Shown: in pieces, positions 49,212 through 60,043 of the stretch | Layout: each line of letters opens with the position of its first letter | Position numbering within the stretch: position 1 is the stretch's first letter | Source: Escherichia coli | GTDB taxonomy: Bacteria; Pseudomonadota; Gammaproteobacteria; Enterobacterales; Enterobacteriaceae | Assembly (NCBI RefSeq): GCF_003334305.1 | Contig: NZ_QOWS01000009.1 | Length of the DNA: 64,000 nt | Direction: 5' to 3' (one strand) | The notes under the pieces: model-generated | What the model was told of the DNA's origin: nothing | Database searches by the model: none | What the model saw: only the letters and a program-made list of their open reading frames with translations | Position numbers and translations under genes: made by a program

Positions 49212-50207
49212 ATGAATGAATTTATAAAAGAACGGTTTTCGTATTTAGCAGATAATAAAAAAGAAAACGCCCCAGAGCTAAATGTTTCCTACGGTATCGA
49301 TAAGAATTTTTTGTATGGTGCTGGCGTTTCAATTTCTTCCGTTTTGATTAATAATTCAGATATTAATTTTGTCTTTCATGTTTTCACTGATTATGTGGAT
49401 GATGATTATTTAAAGTCATTTAATGAAACAGCAAAACAATTTAATACCTCAATTATTGTATATTTAATTGACCCCAAATACTTTGCTGATCTGCCGACGT
49501 CACAGTTTTGGTCGTACGCGACATACTTCAGGGTATTGTCTTTTGAATATCTGAGTGAAAGTATTTCCACACTGCTGTATCTGGATGCCGATGTTGTTTG
49601 TAAAGGAAGCCTGAAACCTCTCACAGAAATTATATTTAAAGATGAGTTTGCTGCGGTCATTCCTGACAATGATAGTACTCAGGCGGCATGTGCAAAACGC
49701 CTCAACATTCCCGAAATGAATGGACGTTATTTCAATGCAGGCGTTATCTATGTCAATCTTAAAAAATGGCATGAAGCAAATTTGACACCGTATTTACTCA
49801 AACTTTTACGAGGGGAAACTAAATATGGCTCTCTTAAATATTTAGATCAGGATGCGTTGAATATCGCATTTAATATGAATAATATCTACCTTGCGAAGAA
49901 TTTTGATACTATTTATACCCTGAAAAACGAACTTTATGATCGTAGTCATCGAAAGTATCAGCAAACCATTACCGATAAAACAGTGTTGATTCACTATACA
50001 GGGATAACTAAACCATGGCATAGCTGGGCTGGATATCCGTCTGCATCATACTTTAATATCGCGCGTGAACAATCTCCCTGGAAGAAATATCCTCTTAAAG
50101 AGGCGCGGACTGTTGCAGAAATGCAGAAACAATATAAGCATCTGTTTGCCCATGGTGAGTATATAAAAGGCATAACTTCATTAATTAAGTACAAGCTTAA
50201 GAAATAA
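49212..50207 (+). CDS. waaT: GT8 LPS alpha-1,2-glycosyltransferase (WaaT-like, R1 outer core)
   Basis: 331 aa; LYLDADVVCKG and HYTGITKPW; name assigned from R1 gene order, not from a search. Confidence 0.65.
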   Translation: MNEFIKERFSYLADNKKENAPELNVSYGIDKNFLYGAGVSISSVLINNSDINFVFHVFTDYVDDDYLKSFNETAKQFNTSIIVYLIDPKYFADLPTSQFWSYATYFRVLSFEYLSESISTLLYLDADVVCKGSLKPLTEIIFKDEFAAVIPDNDSTQAACAKRLNIPEMNGRYFNAGVIYVNLKKWHEANLTPYLLKLLRGETKYGSLKYLDQDALNIAFNMNNIYLAKNFDTIYTLKNELYDRSHRKYQQTITDKTVLIHYTGITKPWHSWAGYPSASYFNIAREQSPWKKYPLKEARTVAEMQKQYKHLFAHGEYIKGITSLIKYKLKK

Positions 50208-50216
50208 ATTACTCTT

Positions 50217-50909
50217 ATGATTACAAGTATACGTTATCGCGGCTTCTCATTTTATTACAAAGATAATGATAATAAATATAAAGAAATCTTTGATGAAATA
50301 CTGGCCTATAATTTTAAAACAGTAAAAGTATTACGTAATATTGATGATACCAAAGTATCATTGATTGATACGAAATATGGTCGCTATGTTTTTAAAGTCT
50401 TTGCCCCGAAAACGAAAAGGAATGAACGTTTTTTAAAATCTTTTGTAAAAGGTGACTACTATCAGAATTTGATCGTTGAAACCGATCGTGTCAGAAGTGC
50501 AGGTCTTACTTTTCCTAATGATTTTTATTTTCTGGCTGAGCGTAAAATTTTCAACTATGCCAGTGTTTTTATTATGCTTATCGAGTATGTCGAGGGCGTA
50601 GAGCTCAATGATATGCCGATTATTCCAGAAAATGTTAAAGCAGAAATTAAGGCTTCAATGGAAAAATTGCATGCCTTAAATATGCTATCGGGCGACCCAC
50701 ACCGGGGTAATTTTATCGTTAGTAAAGATGGTGTCAGGATAATTGACCTATCCGGTAAAAGCTGTACGGCAGAGCGTAAAGCTCGTGATCGTCTGGCCAT
50801 GGAACGTCACCTGGGTATTGCCAACGAAATAAAAGATTATGGCTACTATTCAGTAATCTACAGAACCAAACTACGCAAATTTATTAAAAAATTAAAAGGC
50901 AAAGCGTAA
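50217..50909 (+). CDS. waaY: LPS core heptose II kinase WaaY
   Basis: 230-aa small kinase-like protein between GT8 genes; matches WaaY family. Confidence 0.82.
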   Translation: MITSIRYRGFSFYYKDNDNKYKEIFDEILAYNFKTVKVLRNIDDTKVSLIDTKYGRYVFKVFAPKTKRNERFLKSFVKGDYYQNLIVETDRVRSAGLTFPNDFYFLAERKIFNYASVFIMLIEYVEGVELNDMPIIPENVKAEIKASMEKLHALNMLSGDPHRGNFIVSKDGVRIIDLSGKSCTAERKARDRLAMERHLGIANEIKDYGYYSVIYRTKLRKFIKKLKGKA

Positions 50910-50934
50910 ACCACACAGTCAAAACGGAACCAAC

Positions 50935-51960
50935 ATGGATTTATTAGCTGAGAGTATTACTGAAGTCGCTGTCTCTGGGGAAATTGCTAACACCGATCGT
51001 GTGTTAAATATCGCTTACGGTATTGACCGTAACTTTTTATTTGGTGCGGCAGTATCTATGCAATCAGTTGTTATGCATAACCCGGACCTTGCGGTTAAGT
51101 TTCATCTCTTTACCGACTACATTGATGAAGATTATCTACAACGTGTTAATGCTTTTACCAGCAAAAATGCTAACGTTGAAGTAATAATTTATAAAGTCTC
51201 CAATGCCTTTATTGATATCTTCCCCAGCCTGAAACAGTGGTCTTATGCAACATTCTTCCGTTTAGTTGCGTTCCAGTATTTGAGTGAAACTATTGAAAAT
51301 CTGTTATATATCGATGCTGATGTCATCTGTAAAGGCTCATTAGCTGGATTGCTTGATATTAATTTTGATGAGGATAAGTTCGCAGCTGTTATTAAAGATG
51401 TGCCTTTTATGCAGGAAAAACCAGCGAAGCGTCTGGCTATAGAGGGACTTCCAGGGAATTATTTCAACGCCGGTGTAGTATATCTGCAGCTTGAAGCATG
51501 GGCGAAAAATGATTTTATGAATAAAGCCATTGCTATGCTGGCAAGTGACCCGCAGCACACGAAGTATAAATGCCTTGATCAGGATATTTTAAATATTCTG
51601 TTCTTTGGTCATTGTATTTTTATTAGCGGCGATTATGATTGCTTTTATGGCATTGACTATGAGTTAAAAAATAAAAGCGATGAAGATTATAAAAAGACCA
51701 TTACCGATGATACTAAGCTGATTCATTATGTTGGCGTAACGAAGCCCTGGAACGACTGGACGAATTATCCCTGCCAGAAGTATTTTAATGAGGCTTATCA
51801 GGCTTCTTGCTGGAATGATGTGGCGTTTATTCCAGCCACGAATGAAAAGCAGTATCAAGTGAAATATCAACATGCAAAGAAAAATGGTGATACGTTTAAC
51901 GCTTTTATTTACTTCATTAAATTTAAATTAAATAAGTATAAAAGAAAACTATTTGGATAA
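50935..51960 (+). CDS. waaW: GT8 LPS alpha-1,2-glycosyltransferase (WaaW-like, R1 outer core)
   Basis: 341 aa; LYIDADVICKG and HYVGVTKPW; position after waaY. Confidence 0.65.
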   Translation: MDLLAESITEVAVSGEIANTDRVLNIAYGIDRNFLFGAAVSMQSVVMHNPDLAVKFHLFTDYIDEDYLQRVNAFTSKNANVEVIIYKVSNAFIDIFPSLKQWSYATFFRLVAFQYLSETIENLLYIDADVICKGSLAGLLDINFDEDKFAAVIKDVPFMQEKPAKRLAIEGLPGNYFNAGVVYLQLEAWAKNDFMNKAIAMLASDPQHTKYKCLDQDILNILFFGHCIFISGDYDCFYGIDYELKNKSDEDYKKTITDDTKLIHYVGVTKPWNDWTNYPCQKYFNEAYQASCWNDVAFIPATNEKQYQVKYQHAKKNGDTFNAFIYFIKFKLNKYKRKLFG

Positions 51961-52044
51961 TAATAAAAATCATGGATGTCTGAGTTACAATAATAATTAA
52001 GGATGAGTACTATCATATTTTATTAGTTCAGGCAAGAGAACACG

Positions 52045-53028
52045 ATGAGCAATGATTACCCTTTAGTATCCATAATAATACCGACGTATAATTCATCTGA
52101 TTACATTACTGAAACTCTAACGAAATTAGAAAAACAAACTTACCCAAATTTTGAAATTGTTATTGTTAATGATGGTTCTAAAGATAACACATCAAACGTT
52201 TTGAGAGAGTATGGGTTAACCCACTCTCGATTAATTATTATCAATAAAGAAAATGGCGGTGTTTCGTCTGCCAGGAATACAGGTATCCGCAAGGCGCAAG
52301 GACAGTTTATATGTTTTATGGATGATGATGATGAGATAGATCCTAACTATCTGCTGAAGATGTATACCAGACAACATGAGACGGGAGGGGATGCGATTTA
52401 TTGTGGGCTTTATGGCCATTATATAAAAGATGGTGTTACTTACTCACCTATAAATACAGAGTTTAATGAAGGATCTTTACTTTTCGACTTTTTTTATAAA
52501 AAGGTTAGATTCCATATAGGGTGCTTGTTTATAAGAAAACAACTTCTGGAAGAGAATAATCTTTTTTTTGATGAAGATTTACGACTAGGAGAAGATCTTG
52601 ATTTTATCTATCGACTGCTAATTACATGCGATATGTATGCGGTTCCATATTATATGTATAAGCATAACTATAGAGAAAATTCCTTAATGAACTCATGTAG
52701 AACCATCACTCATTATCGACATGAGTCATTTGCGCACGAAAGAATCTACTCTTCTGTGATGCAGTTATACAAAGGTAACCGGAAAGAAGAAATTCATACA
52801 TTATTGAGTCAAAATAGAGCTTATCATAAAACTCGTTATTTATGGAATGTTCTACTTAATGGTGATTTTAAACTATTGAATCAATTAGTTGAAAACAATG
52901 ATAAAGAATTAAGAGATTGTAATCTTCCTGGCAAGAGAGATAAGAGACGAGCAAAAATATTAGCATCAAAAAATTATATTCTCTGGAGGATGGTAAGACT
53001 GGTAAATAGAAAAAAGAATAAACGTTAG
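52045..53028 (+). CDS. waaV: GT2 beta-glycosyltransferase (WaaV-like, R1 outer core)
   Basis: 327 aa; N-terminal GT2 signature VSIIIPTYNSSDYITETL..EIVIVNDGSKD; GT2 rather than GT25 argues R1 rather than R4. Confidence 0.65.
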   Translation: MSNDYPLVSIIIPTYNSSDYITETLTKLEKQTYPNFEIVIVNDGSKDNTSNVLREYGLTHSRLIIINKENGGVSSARNTGIRKAQGQFICFMDDDDEIDPNYLLKMYTRQHETGGDAIYCGLYGHYIKDGVTYSPINTEFNEGSLLFDFFYKKVRFHIGCLFIRKQLLEENNLFFDEDLRLGEDLDFIYRLLITCDMYAVPYYMYKHNYRENSLMNSCRTITHYRHESFAHERIYSSVMQLYKGNRKEEIHTLLSQNRAYHKTRYLWNVLLNGDFKLLNQLVENNDKELRDCNLPGKRDKRRAKILASKNYILWRMVRLVNRKKNKR

Positions 53029-53073
53029 ATCTTGCATTAAATAACCCATCCTCGTAGCATAGGTTGAAACTAT

Positions 53074-54327
53074 ATGTCGTTTTGTTGGAATGAAATTAAT
53101 TCTGGTATAAAGTCTTTAATTCTCATATTATGTATTTTTTCTTTAATGACTTTGTCTTTATGGGATGATGTTGCAACAAAGTTTCTTCATGCAGCTGGAA
53201 TTATATCTGCATTGTATTTTCTTGCGACACCAAAAAAAACAATAACTAATAATCCTACTTTGTTAATTTTCATCTCATTATGTCTTTTGGGTATCGTAAA
53301 TATCATCTGGTATTCACATTATAAAGTTTCAGGCTCTGTTTATACCAATGCATATCGTGGCCCAATGGAAACTGGAAAAATTGCCTTGTGTAGCGCTTTT
53401 ATTTTCTTAGTTCTTTTTGCTAAAAATGAGATGAGAACAAAAATAAAATTTGGGAAACTAATTCTGTTCGCATCCCTGGCAACGCAGTTACTTTTTTTTG
53501 CGCATGCCATGTGGCAACATTTCTATTTAAACGTCGACCGTGTTGCATTATCAGCTTCCCACGCTACAACAGCAGGCTACATCATCCTTTTTCCTTCTTT
53601 ACTGGCATCAATTCTCATTTTAAAATCCGACTTTAGACATAAAACAACATTATATACAATTAACTTCATGCTTAGCTTATGTGCTGTCATAGTAACTGAG
53701 ACGCGTGCAGCCATATTAGTGTTTCCATTCTTTGCGTTAATATTAATCGTAATGGATAGTTATATTAATAAGCGAATTAATTATAAGTTATATTGTTTTA
53801 TTACGATTGCATTATTAGCAGGTGTATTTTCTTTTAAAGATACATTGCTTATGAGAATGAATGACTTAAATAACGATTTAGTTAATTATTCGCATGATAA
53901 CACCAGAACTTCAGTCGGTGCCCGTCTGGCAATGTATGAAGTTGGCTTAAAAACATATTCTCCAATAGGACAATCACTGGAAAAACGTGCGGAAAAAATA
54001 CATGAACTAGAAGAAAAAGAGCCTAGATTGAGTGGCGCTTTACCCTATGTAGATTCTCATTTGCATAACGATCTCATAGATACGTTATCAACGCGTGGTA
54101 TTCCTGGAGTTGTATTAACAATTTTAGCATTTTCAGCAATACTCATATATGCCTTAAGAACTGCTAAAGAACCTTATATTTTAATCTTGCTTTTTTCACT
54201 ACTGGTAGTAGGACTAAGTGATGTAATACTCTTTTCTAAACCGGTTCCGACTGCTGTGTTTATCACCATAATATTGCTTTGTGCTTATTTTAAAGCACAA
54301 TCGGACCAATGTTTATTAGAGAAGTAA
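53074..54327 (+). CDS. waaL: O-antigen ligase WaaL
   Basis: 417-aa polytopic protein; Wzy_C-type motifs TETRAAILVFP and GARLAMYEVGL shared with K-12 WaaL; last gene of the plus-strand operon. Confidence 0.85.
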   Translation: MSFCWNEINSGIKSLILILCIFSLMTLSLWDDVATKFLHAAGIISALYFLATPKKTITNNPTLLIFISLCLLGIVNIIWYSHYKVSGSVYTNAYRGPMETGKIALCSAFIFLVLFAKNEMRTKIKFGKLILFASLATQLLFFAHAMWQHFYLNVDRVALSASHATTAGYIILFPSLLASILILKSDFRHKTTLYTINFMLSLCAVIVTETRAAILVFPFFALILIVMDSYINKRINYKLYCFITIALLAGVFSFKDTLLMRMNDLNNDLVNYSHDNTRTSVGARLAMYEVGLKTYSPIGQSLEKRAEKIHELEEKEPRLSGALPYVDSHLHNDLIDTLSTRGIPGVVLTILAFSAILIYALRTAKEPYILILLFSLLVVGLSDVILFSKPVPTAVFITIILLCAYFKAQSDQCLLEK

Positions 54328-54341
54328 TGAATATGTGAAAT

Positions 54342-54370
54342 AAAATCAGCAAGGAAGCTGATTTTATTTC
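54342..54370. terminator. Bidirectional hairpin between convergent waaL and waaC
   Basis: AAAATCAGC-aaggaa-GCTGATTTT followed by a T-rich run. Confidence 0.6.
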
Positions 54371-54396
54371 AAAATTATCTATTAAAGAGTTGTAAT

Positions 54397-55368
54397 TTAA
54401 ATCATGGCAGCGTTTTCTTCAATGAACCGCTTAACAGCATTTGCTGTCAATTGAGACAACTCATTCCCCGGAGCCCTACAAACCATCTGATTCTTCCCAT
54501 ACCCACCAATTAATCCCGGATCGGTTGGTCCATAAACCGTGATATTGGGTCTATCCAGTGCCGCCGTTAAATGGCTTAACCCCGTATCCACCGACACTAC
54601 AAATTTAGCCCCGGCCAGCACGCGGGCAACGCCTTCCAGACTCATCTTCGGCAATACTTCAACATAAGCAAATCCTTCCGCCAGTCGTTTCGCCCGTTCT
54701 TCCTCATGCGGCGCGCCCCACGGAAGTTTAATCCGTATTCCTGAATCAGCCAGTAAACCAATCAATTCTCGCCAGTGTTCTTCCGGCCAGTGTTTATCAT
54801 CACGGGTCGTCGCATGAAGAAATACGGCATATTCGCCAGCATCTGTAGGCAGGTTCGTCAGAAAATGCTGTGCGATAGCATAATCGCCCTGGGTTTGCGG
54901 TTTGCTATAGCCCAAACTTTTGGCAAACAGTTCGCGGGTGCGTTCTACGGCGTGCTGCTGTTTTGCAATATGATGCTTACGATTGTAAAACAGGCTGGCT
55001 AAAGGTTCGCGAGCGGTTTGCCAGTCCATGCCATGCTTTACGCCATGCGCCAGACGCGTCACCAGCGCCGCGCTTTTTACCAGCCCCTGAGCGTCGATAA
55101 CTGCGTCATAGTTCTCTGCTTGTAGCGCTTCACGAAACGCTTTGCGTTCAGCTTTTATAGGGGCCGAGAACCAGGCTTTACGCCAGCGACGTATTGCCAC
55201 AGGAATAACTCGCTCAACGGCAGCGTGCCAGGAAGGAATCTGTGCGAACCCTTCTTCCACCACCCAGTCAAACTTAATTTCTGGGATTGCCTGCTGGGCA
55301 TCAGTGAGTGCGGGCAACGTATGGAGAACATCGCCCATCGACGATGTTTTAACGATCAAAACCCGCAT
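54397..55368 (-). CDS. waaC: LPS heptosyltransferase I WaaC
   Basis: 323 aa, GT9, MRVLIVKTSSMGDVLHTLPALTDA... Confidence 0.95.
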   Translation of the reverse strand: MRVLIVKTSSMGDVLHTLPALTDAQQAIPEIKFDWVVEEGFAQIPSWHAAVERVIPVAIRRWRKAWFSAPIKAERKAFREALQAENYDAVIDAQGLVKSAALVTRLAHGVKHGMDWQTAREPLASLFYNRKHHIAKQQHAVERTRELFAKSLGYSKPQTQGDYAIAQHFLTNLPTDAGEYAVFLHATTRDDKHWPEEHWRELIGLLADSGIRIKLPWGAPHEEERAKRLAEGFAYVEVLPKMSLEGVARVLAGAKFVVSVDTGLSHLTAALDRPNITVYGPTDPGLIGGYGKNQMVCRAPGNELSQLTANAVKRFIEENAAMI

Positions 55369-55371
55369 CCG

Positions 55372-56418
55372 TCAGGCTTCCTCTTGTAACAATAGCGCGT
55401 TGAGTTCTTCCAGTACGCGCTGGGGAGTAATGTCGATCAAGCTCTGGTGATAACCCTCCGCAGCGTCACCTTTACGCACTTTGTGATAGCCGGTAATCAG
55501 GCGGATCACGCGCGCTTTATGGGATAGCGGCGGTGTGAAGTCCGGGCTACTCGGACCATACAGGGCAACCAGCGGACGATTGAGCGCCGCCGCAACGTGC
55601 ATCAGGCCAGAATCGTTAGTGACAATGGCTTTACAGGCTGCAATCAGGATAACCGCTTGATCAAGCTGTGTTTCCCCCGCCAGGTTCCGACACCATGCCT
55701 GCTGCTCGGTATTCAAAGCGGCAAGAATCTCATTGCCTGCTTCATGATCTTTCGCCGAGCCAAACAGAACCACCTGATAACCTTCATCAATCAGCTGCTT
55801 TGCCAGCTCCGCATAGTGGTAGTGTGGCCAGCGTTTTGCCGGACCAAACTCCGCACCCGGGCAAAAACCAATCATCGGACGTTCTGATGAAAGCGAAAAT
55901 TGATTACAGGTATATGATTTTTCACCTTCGCTCACCTGCAACTGCGGCCATAACAATGGCTGCGGCAGATCTTGTGCTGTGCGCATAATGCCTTTGTCAT
56001 AGGCCAGCGCGACATAGCGTTCCACCATTAGCGGCCAGGCTTCTTTATCGAGCACGCGTACATCGTTGAGTAAACCGTAGCGCATCTCGCCGCGCCAGCC
56101 GGTGCGATGAGGAATACCCGCGAAGAAAGGCACTAATGCGGATTTGAAGGAGTTGGGTAAGACGTAGGCGCGGTCGTAGCGCTTTTCACGCAGGCTATGA
56201 CCCAGTTTGCGGCGTTCGCCGATTTCCAGCGCTCCGTGACCGAGAGGCATAGGGATAGCTTCGTTAACTTCCGGCATCCGCGATAATAATGGACGGCACC
56301 ATGCCGGTGCCATCACATCGATTATCGCCTGGGGATAGCGCGCCTGGAGCGTGCGATAGAGACTTTGCGACATCATCATGTCGCCAACCCAAGACGGGCC
56401 GATCACCAGTATTTTCAT
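55372..56418 (-). CDS. waaF: LPS heptosyltransferase II WaaF
   Basis: 348 aa, GT9, MKILVIGPSWVGDMMMSQSLYRTL... Confidence 0.95.
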   Translation of the reverse strand: MKILVIGPSWVGDMMMSQSLYRTLQARYPQAIIDVMAPAWCRPLLSRMPEVNEAIPMPLGHGALEIGERRKLGHSLREKRYDRAYVLPNSFKSALVPFFAGIPHRTGWRGEMRYGLLNDVRVLDKEAWPLMVERYVALAYDKGIMRTAQDLPQPLLWPQLQVSEGEKSYTCNQFSLSSERPMIGFCPGAEFGPAKRWPHYHYAELAKQLIDEGYQVVLFGSAKDHEAGNEILAALNTEQQAWCRNLAGETQLDQAVILIAACKAIVTNDSGLMHVAAALNRPLVALYGPSSPDFTPPLSHKARVIRLITGYHKVRKGDAAEGYHQSLIDITPQRVLEELNALLLQEEA

Positions 56419-56427
56419 GCAGAGCTC

Positions 56428-57360
56428 TTATGCGTCGCGATTCAGCCAGGCCATGTATTCCGTTACACCTTCAGCAACGGTTTTGAACGGTTTGTCGTAA
56501 CCCGCCGCGCGCAGATTTGTCAGATCTGCCTGAGTGAACGCCTGGTAGCGGCCTTTCAGCTTATCCGGGAACGGAATGTATTCGATCTGGCCTTTCTTGT
56601 GATAAGCCAGCGTAGCATCTGCTACTGCCTGGAAGGATTCTGCACGACCGGTGCCGAGGTTGAAGATACCGGAAACGCCATTTTCCAGGAACCACAGGTT
56701 TACATCTGCCACGTCGCCCACATAGACGAAGTCGCGTTTGAAGTTCTCGCTACCTTCAAACAGCTTCGGTGATTCACCGTTGTTAAGCTGAGTGTTGAGA
56801 TGGAACGCGACGCTCGCCATGCTGCCTTTATGGCCTTCACGCGGTCCATAAACGTTGAAATAACGGAAGCCAACAATCTGCGAGTTCGCTTCAGGCAGGA
56901 TTTGGCGAACATATTCATCAAACAGGAATTTTGAGTAACCGTAGACGTTCAACGGTTTTTCGTACTCGCGGGATTCAATAAAGTCGGAGGTGCGTCCGCC
57001 GTAGGTGGCTGCGGAAGAAGCGTACAGGAACGGGATTTCGCGCTCCAGGCAGTAGTGCAGCAGCTCCTTGGAGTATTGATAGTTGTTATCCATCATATAC
57101 TTGCCGTCCCACTCGGTGGTGGAAGAGCATGCGCCTTCGTGGAAAATCGCTTCGACATCGCCGAACTCTTCGCCAGCCATAATCTGGATCAGGAAGTCTT
57201 CCTTATCCATATAGTCCGCGATATCCAGATCCACCAGGTTCACAAACTTGGTGCCGTCTTTCAGGTTGTCCACCACCAGAATATCGGTGATGCCTTTATC
57301 ATTCAGGGCCTTAACGATGTTGCTGCCGATAAAGCCCGCGCCGCCGGTAACGATGATCAT
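56428..57360 (-). CDS. hldD: ADP-L-glycero-D-manno-heptose 6-epimerase
   Basis: 310 aa, Rossmann [11 protein letters not shown]. Confidence 0.97.
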
Positions 57361-57573
57361 AACTGTAACCTTCGAATTATGGAGTCAGAGACAATCTCAG
57401 ACACGAATACTTCTATCATATCACTACACGGCGTTGGCTTCAGCCATTCGCCAAAAGTGAGATTGATGGACGTTATTTATCCTGAATTTTGCAGAAGTGT
57501 TAACGCGTCATCTCGTCGCGACCTATAAGTTTGGGTAATATGTGCTGGAATTTGCCCTGTCTGGAGAATCGCA

Positions 57574-58770
57574 ATGCGTGGAGAATTTTATCAGCAGTTA
57601 ACCAACGATCTGGAAACCGCACGGGCGGAAGGGTTGTTTAAAGAAGAGCGCATTATTACGTCTGCGCAGCAAGCAGATATCACTGTGGCTGATGGAAGCC
57701 ACGTCATTAACTTTTGTGCCAACAACTATCTCGGGCTGGCGAATCATCCGGATCTGATTGCGGCAGCAAAGGCGGGAATGGATTCTCACGGTTTCGGCAT
57801 GGCTTCGGTGCGTTTTATTTGCGGCACTCAGGACAGCCATAAAGAGCTTGAACAAAAACTGGCGGCATTCCTGGGGATGGAAGATGCGATTCTCTACTCT
57901 TCCTGCTTTGATGCTAACGGTGGACTGTTTGAAACGCTGCTGGGTGCGGAAGACGCCATTATCTCCGACGCACTGAACCACGCGTCTATTATTGATGGTG
58001 TGCGTCTGTGCAAAGCTAAACGCTATCGCTATGCCAACAACGATATGCAGGAGCTGGAAGCACGTCTGAAAGAAGCGCGTGAAGCCGGTGCGCGTCATGT
58101 GCTGATTGCCACCGATGGTGTGTTCTCAATGGACGGCGTGATTGCCAACCTGAAAGGCGTTTGCGATCTGGCAGATAAATACGATGCCCTGGTGATGGTG
58201 GATGACTCCCACGCGGTCGGTTTTGTCGGTGAAAATGGTCGTGGTTCCCATGAATACTGCGATGTGATGGGCCGGGTCGATATTATCACCGGTACGCTTG
58301 GTAAAGCGCTGGGCGGGGCTTCTGGTGGTTATACCGCGGCGCGCAAAGAGGTGGTTGAGTGGCTGCGCCAGCGTTCTCGTCCGTACCTGTTCTCCAACTC
58401 GCTGGCACCGGCCATTGTTGCCGCGTCCATCAAAGTACTGGAGATGGTCGAAGCGGGCAGCGAACTGCGTGACCGTCTGTGGGCGAACGCGCGCCAGTTC
58501 CGTGAGCAAATGTCGGCGGCGGGCTTTACCCTGGCGGGAGCCGATCATGCCATTATTCCGGTCATGCTTGGCGATGCAGTAGTGGCGCAGAAATTTGCCC
58601 GTGAGCTGCAAAAAGAGGGCATTTACGTCACCGGTTTCTTCTATCCGGTCGTTCCGAAAGGTCAGGCGCGTATTCGTACCCAGATGTCTGCGGCGCATAC
58701 CCCTGAGCAAATTACGCGTGCAGTAGAAGCATTCACGCGTATTGGTAAACAACTGGGCGTTATCGCCTGA
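57574..58770 (+). CDS. kbl: 2-amino-3-ketobutyrate CoA ligase
   Basis: 398 aa, PLP-dependent. Confidence 0.97.
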   Translation: MRGEFYQQLTNDLETARAEGLFKEERIITSAQQADITVADGSHVINFCANNYLGLANHPDLIAAAKAGMDSHGFGMASVRFICGTQDSHKELEQKLAAFLGMEDAILYSSCFDANGGLFETLLGAEDAIISDALNHASIIDGVRLCKAKRYRYANNDMQELEARLKEAREAGARHVLIATDGVFSMDGVIANLKGVCDLADKYDALVMVDDSHAVGFVGENGRGSHEYCDVMGRVDIITGTLGKALGGASGGYTAARKEVVEWLRQRSRPYLFSNSLAPAIVAASIKVLEMVEAGSELRDRLWANARQFREQMSAAGFTLAGADHAIIPVMLGDAVVAQKFARELQKEGIYVTGFFYPVVPKGQARIRTQMSAAHTPEQITRAVEAFTRIGKQLGVIA

Positions 58771-58779
58771 GGATGTGAG

Positions 58780-59805
58780 ATGAAAGCGTTATCCAAACTG
58801 AAAGCGGAAGAGGGCATCTGGATGACCGACGTTCCTGTACCGGAACTCGGGCATAACGATCTGCTGATTAAAATCCGTAAAACAGCCATCTGCGGGACTG
58901 ACGTTCACATCTATAACTGGGATGAGTGGTCGCAAAAAACCATCCCGGTGCCGATGGTCGTAGGCCATGAATATGTCGGTGAAGTGGTAGGTATTGGTCA
59001 GGAAGTGAAAGGCTTCAAAATCGGCGATCGCGTTTCTGGCGAAGGCCATATCACCTGCGGTCACTGTCGCAACTGTCGTGGCGGTCGTACCCATCTGTGC
59101 CGCAACACCATTGGTGTCGGTGTTAACCGTCCGGGCTGCTTCGCCGAATATCTGGTGATTCCGGCGTTCAACGCTTTCAAAATCCCCGACAATATCTCCG
59201 ACGACCTGGCTTCCATTTTTGATCCCTTCGGTAACGCCGTGCATACCGCGCTGTCGTTCGATCTGGTGGGCGAAGATGTGCTGGTTTCTGGTGCAGGTCC
59301 GATAGGTATTATGGCTGCGGCGGTGGCGAAACACGTTGGTGCACGCAATGTGGTGATCACCGATGTTAACGAATACCGCCTTGAGCTGGCGCGCAAAATG
59401 GGTATCACCCGTGCGGTCAACGTCGCTAAAGAAAACCTTAATGATGTGATGGCAGAACTGGGCATGACCGAAGGCTTTGATGTCGGTCTGGAAATGTCCG
59501 GTGCGCCGCCAGCGTTTCGTACCATGCTCGACACCATGAACCACGGCGGTCGCATTGCGATGCTGGGTATTCCACCGTCCGATATGTCTATCGACTGGAC
59601 CAAAGTAATCTTTAAAGGCTTGTTCATTAAAGGTATTTACGGTCGTGAGATGTTTGAAACCTGGTACAAGATGGCGGCGCTGATTCAGTCAGGTCTGGAT
59701 CTCTCGCCGATCATTACCCATCGTTTCTCTATCGATGATTTCCAGAAGGGCTTTGACGCTATGCGTTCGGGCCAGTCCGGGAAAGTAATTCTGAGTTGGG
59801 ATTAA
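58780..59805 (+). CDS. tdh: L-threonine 3-dehydrogenase
   Basis: 341 aa, zinc-dependent MDR ([15 protein letters not shown]). Confidence 0.97.
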
Positions 59806-59812
59806 CACGAAC

Positions 59813-59838
59813 AAGGGCTGGTATTCCAGCCCTTTTGC
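59813..59838 (+). terminator. Rho-independent terminator of kbl-tdh
   Basis: AAGGGCTGG-tattc-CAGCCCTT followed by TTG. Confidence 0.65.
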
Positions 59839-60043
59839 CTGAGGATAATCCGTTAAATATGTAAAATCCTGTCAGTGTAATAAAGATATCGTAATTGCGC
59901 TGATCTCTTATATAGCTGCTCTCATTATCTCTCTACCCTGAAGTGACTCTCTCACCTGTAAAAATAATATCTCACAGGCTTAATAGTTTCTTAATACAAA
60001 GCCTGTAAAACGTCAGGATAACTTCAGAGGTCGTCGGTAATTT

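Noticed and set aside
57598-59627. Several 166- to 251-aa minus-strand ORFs (57598..58098, 58126..58752, 58789..59544, 59061..59627)
   Set aside because: All antisense within kbl and tdh, which are strongly supported
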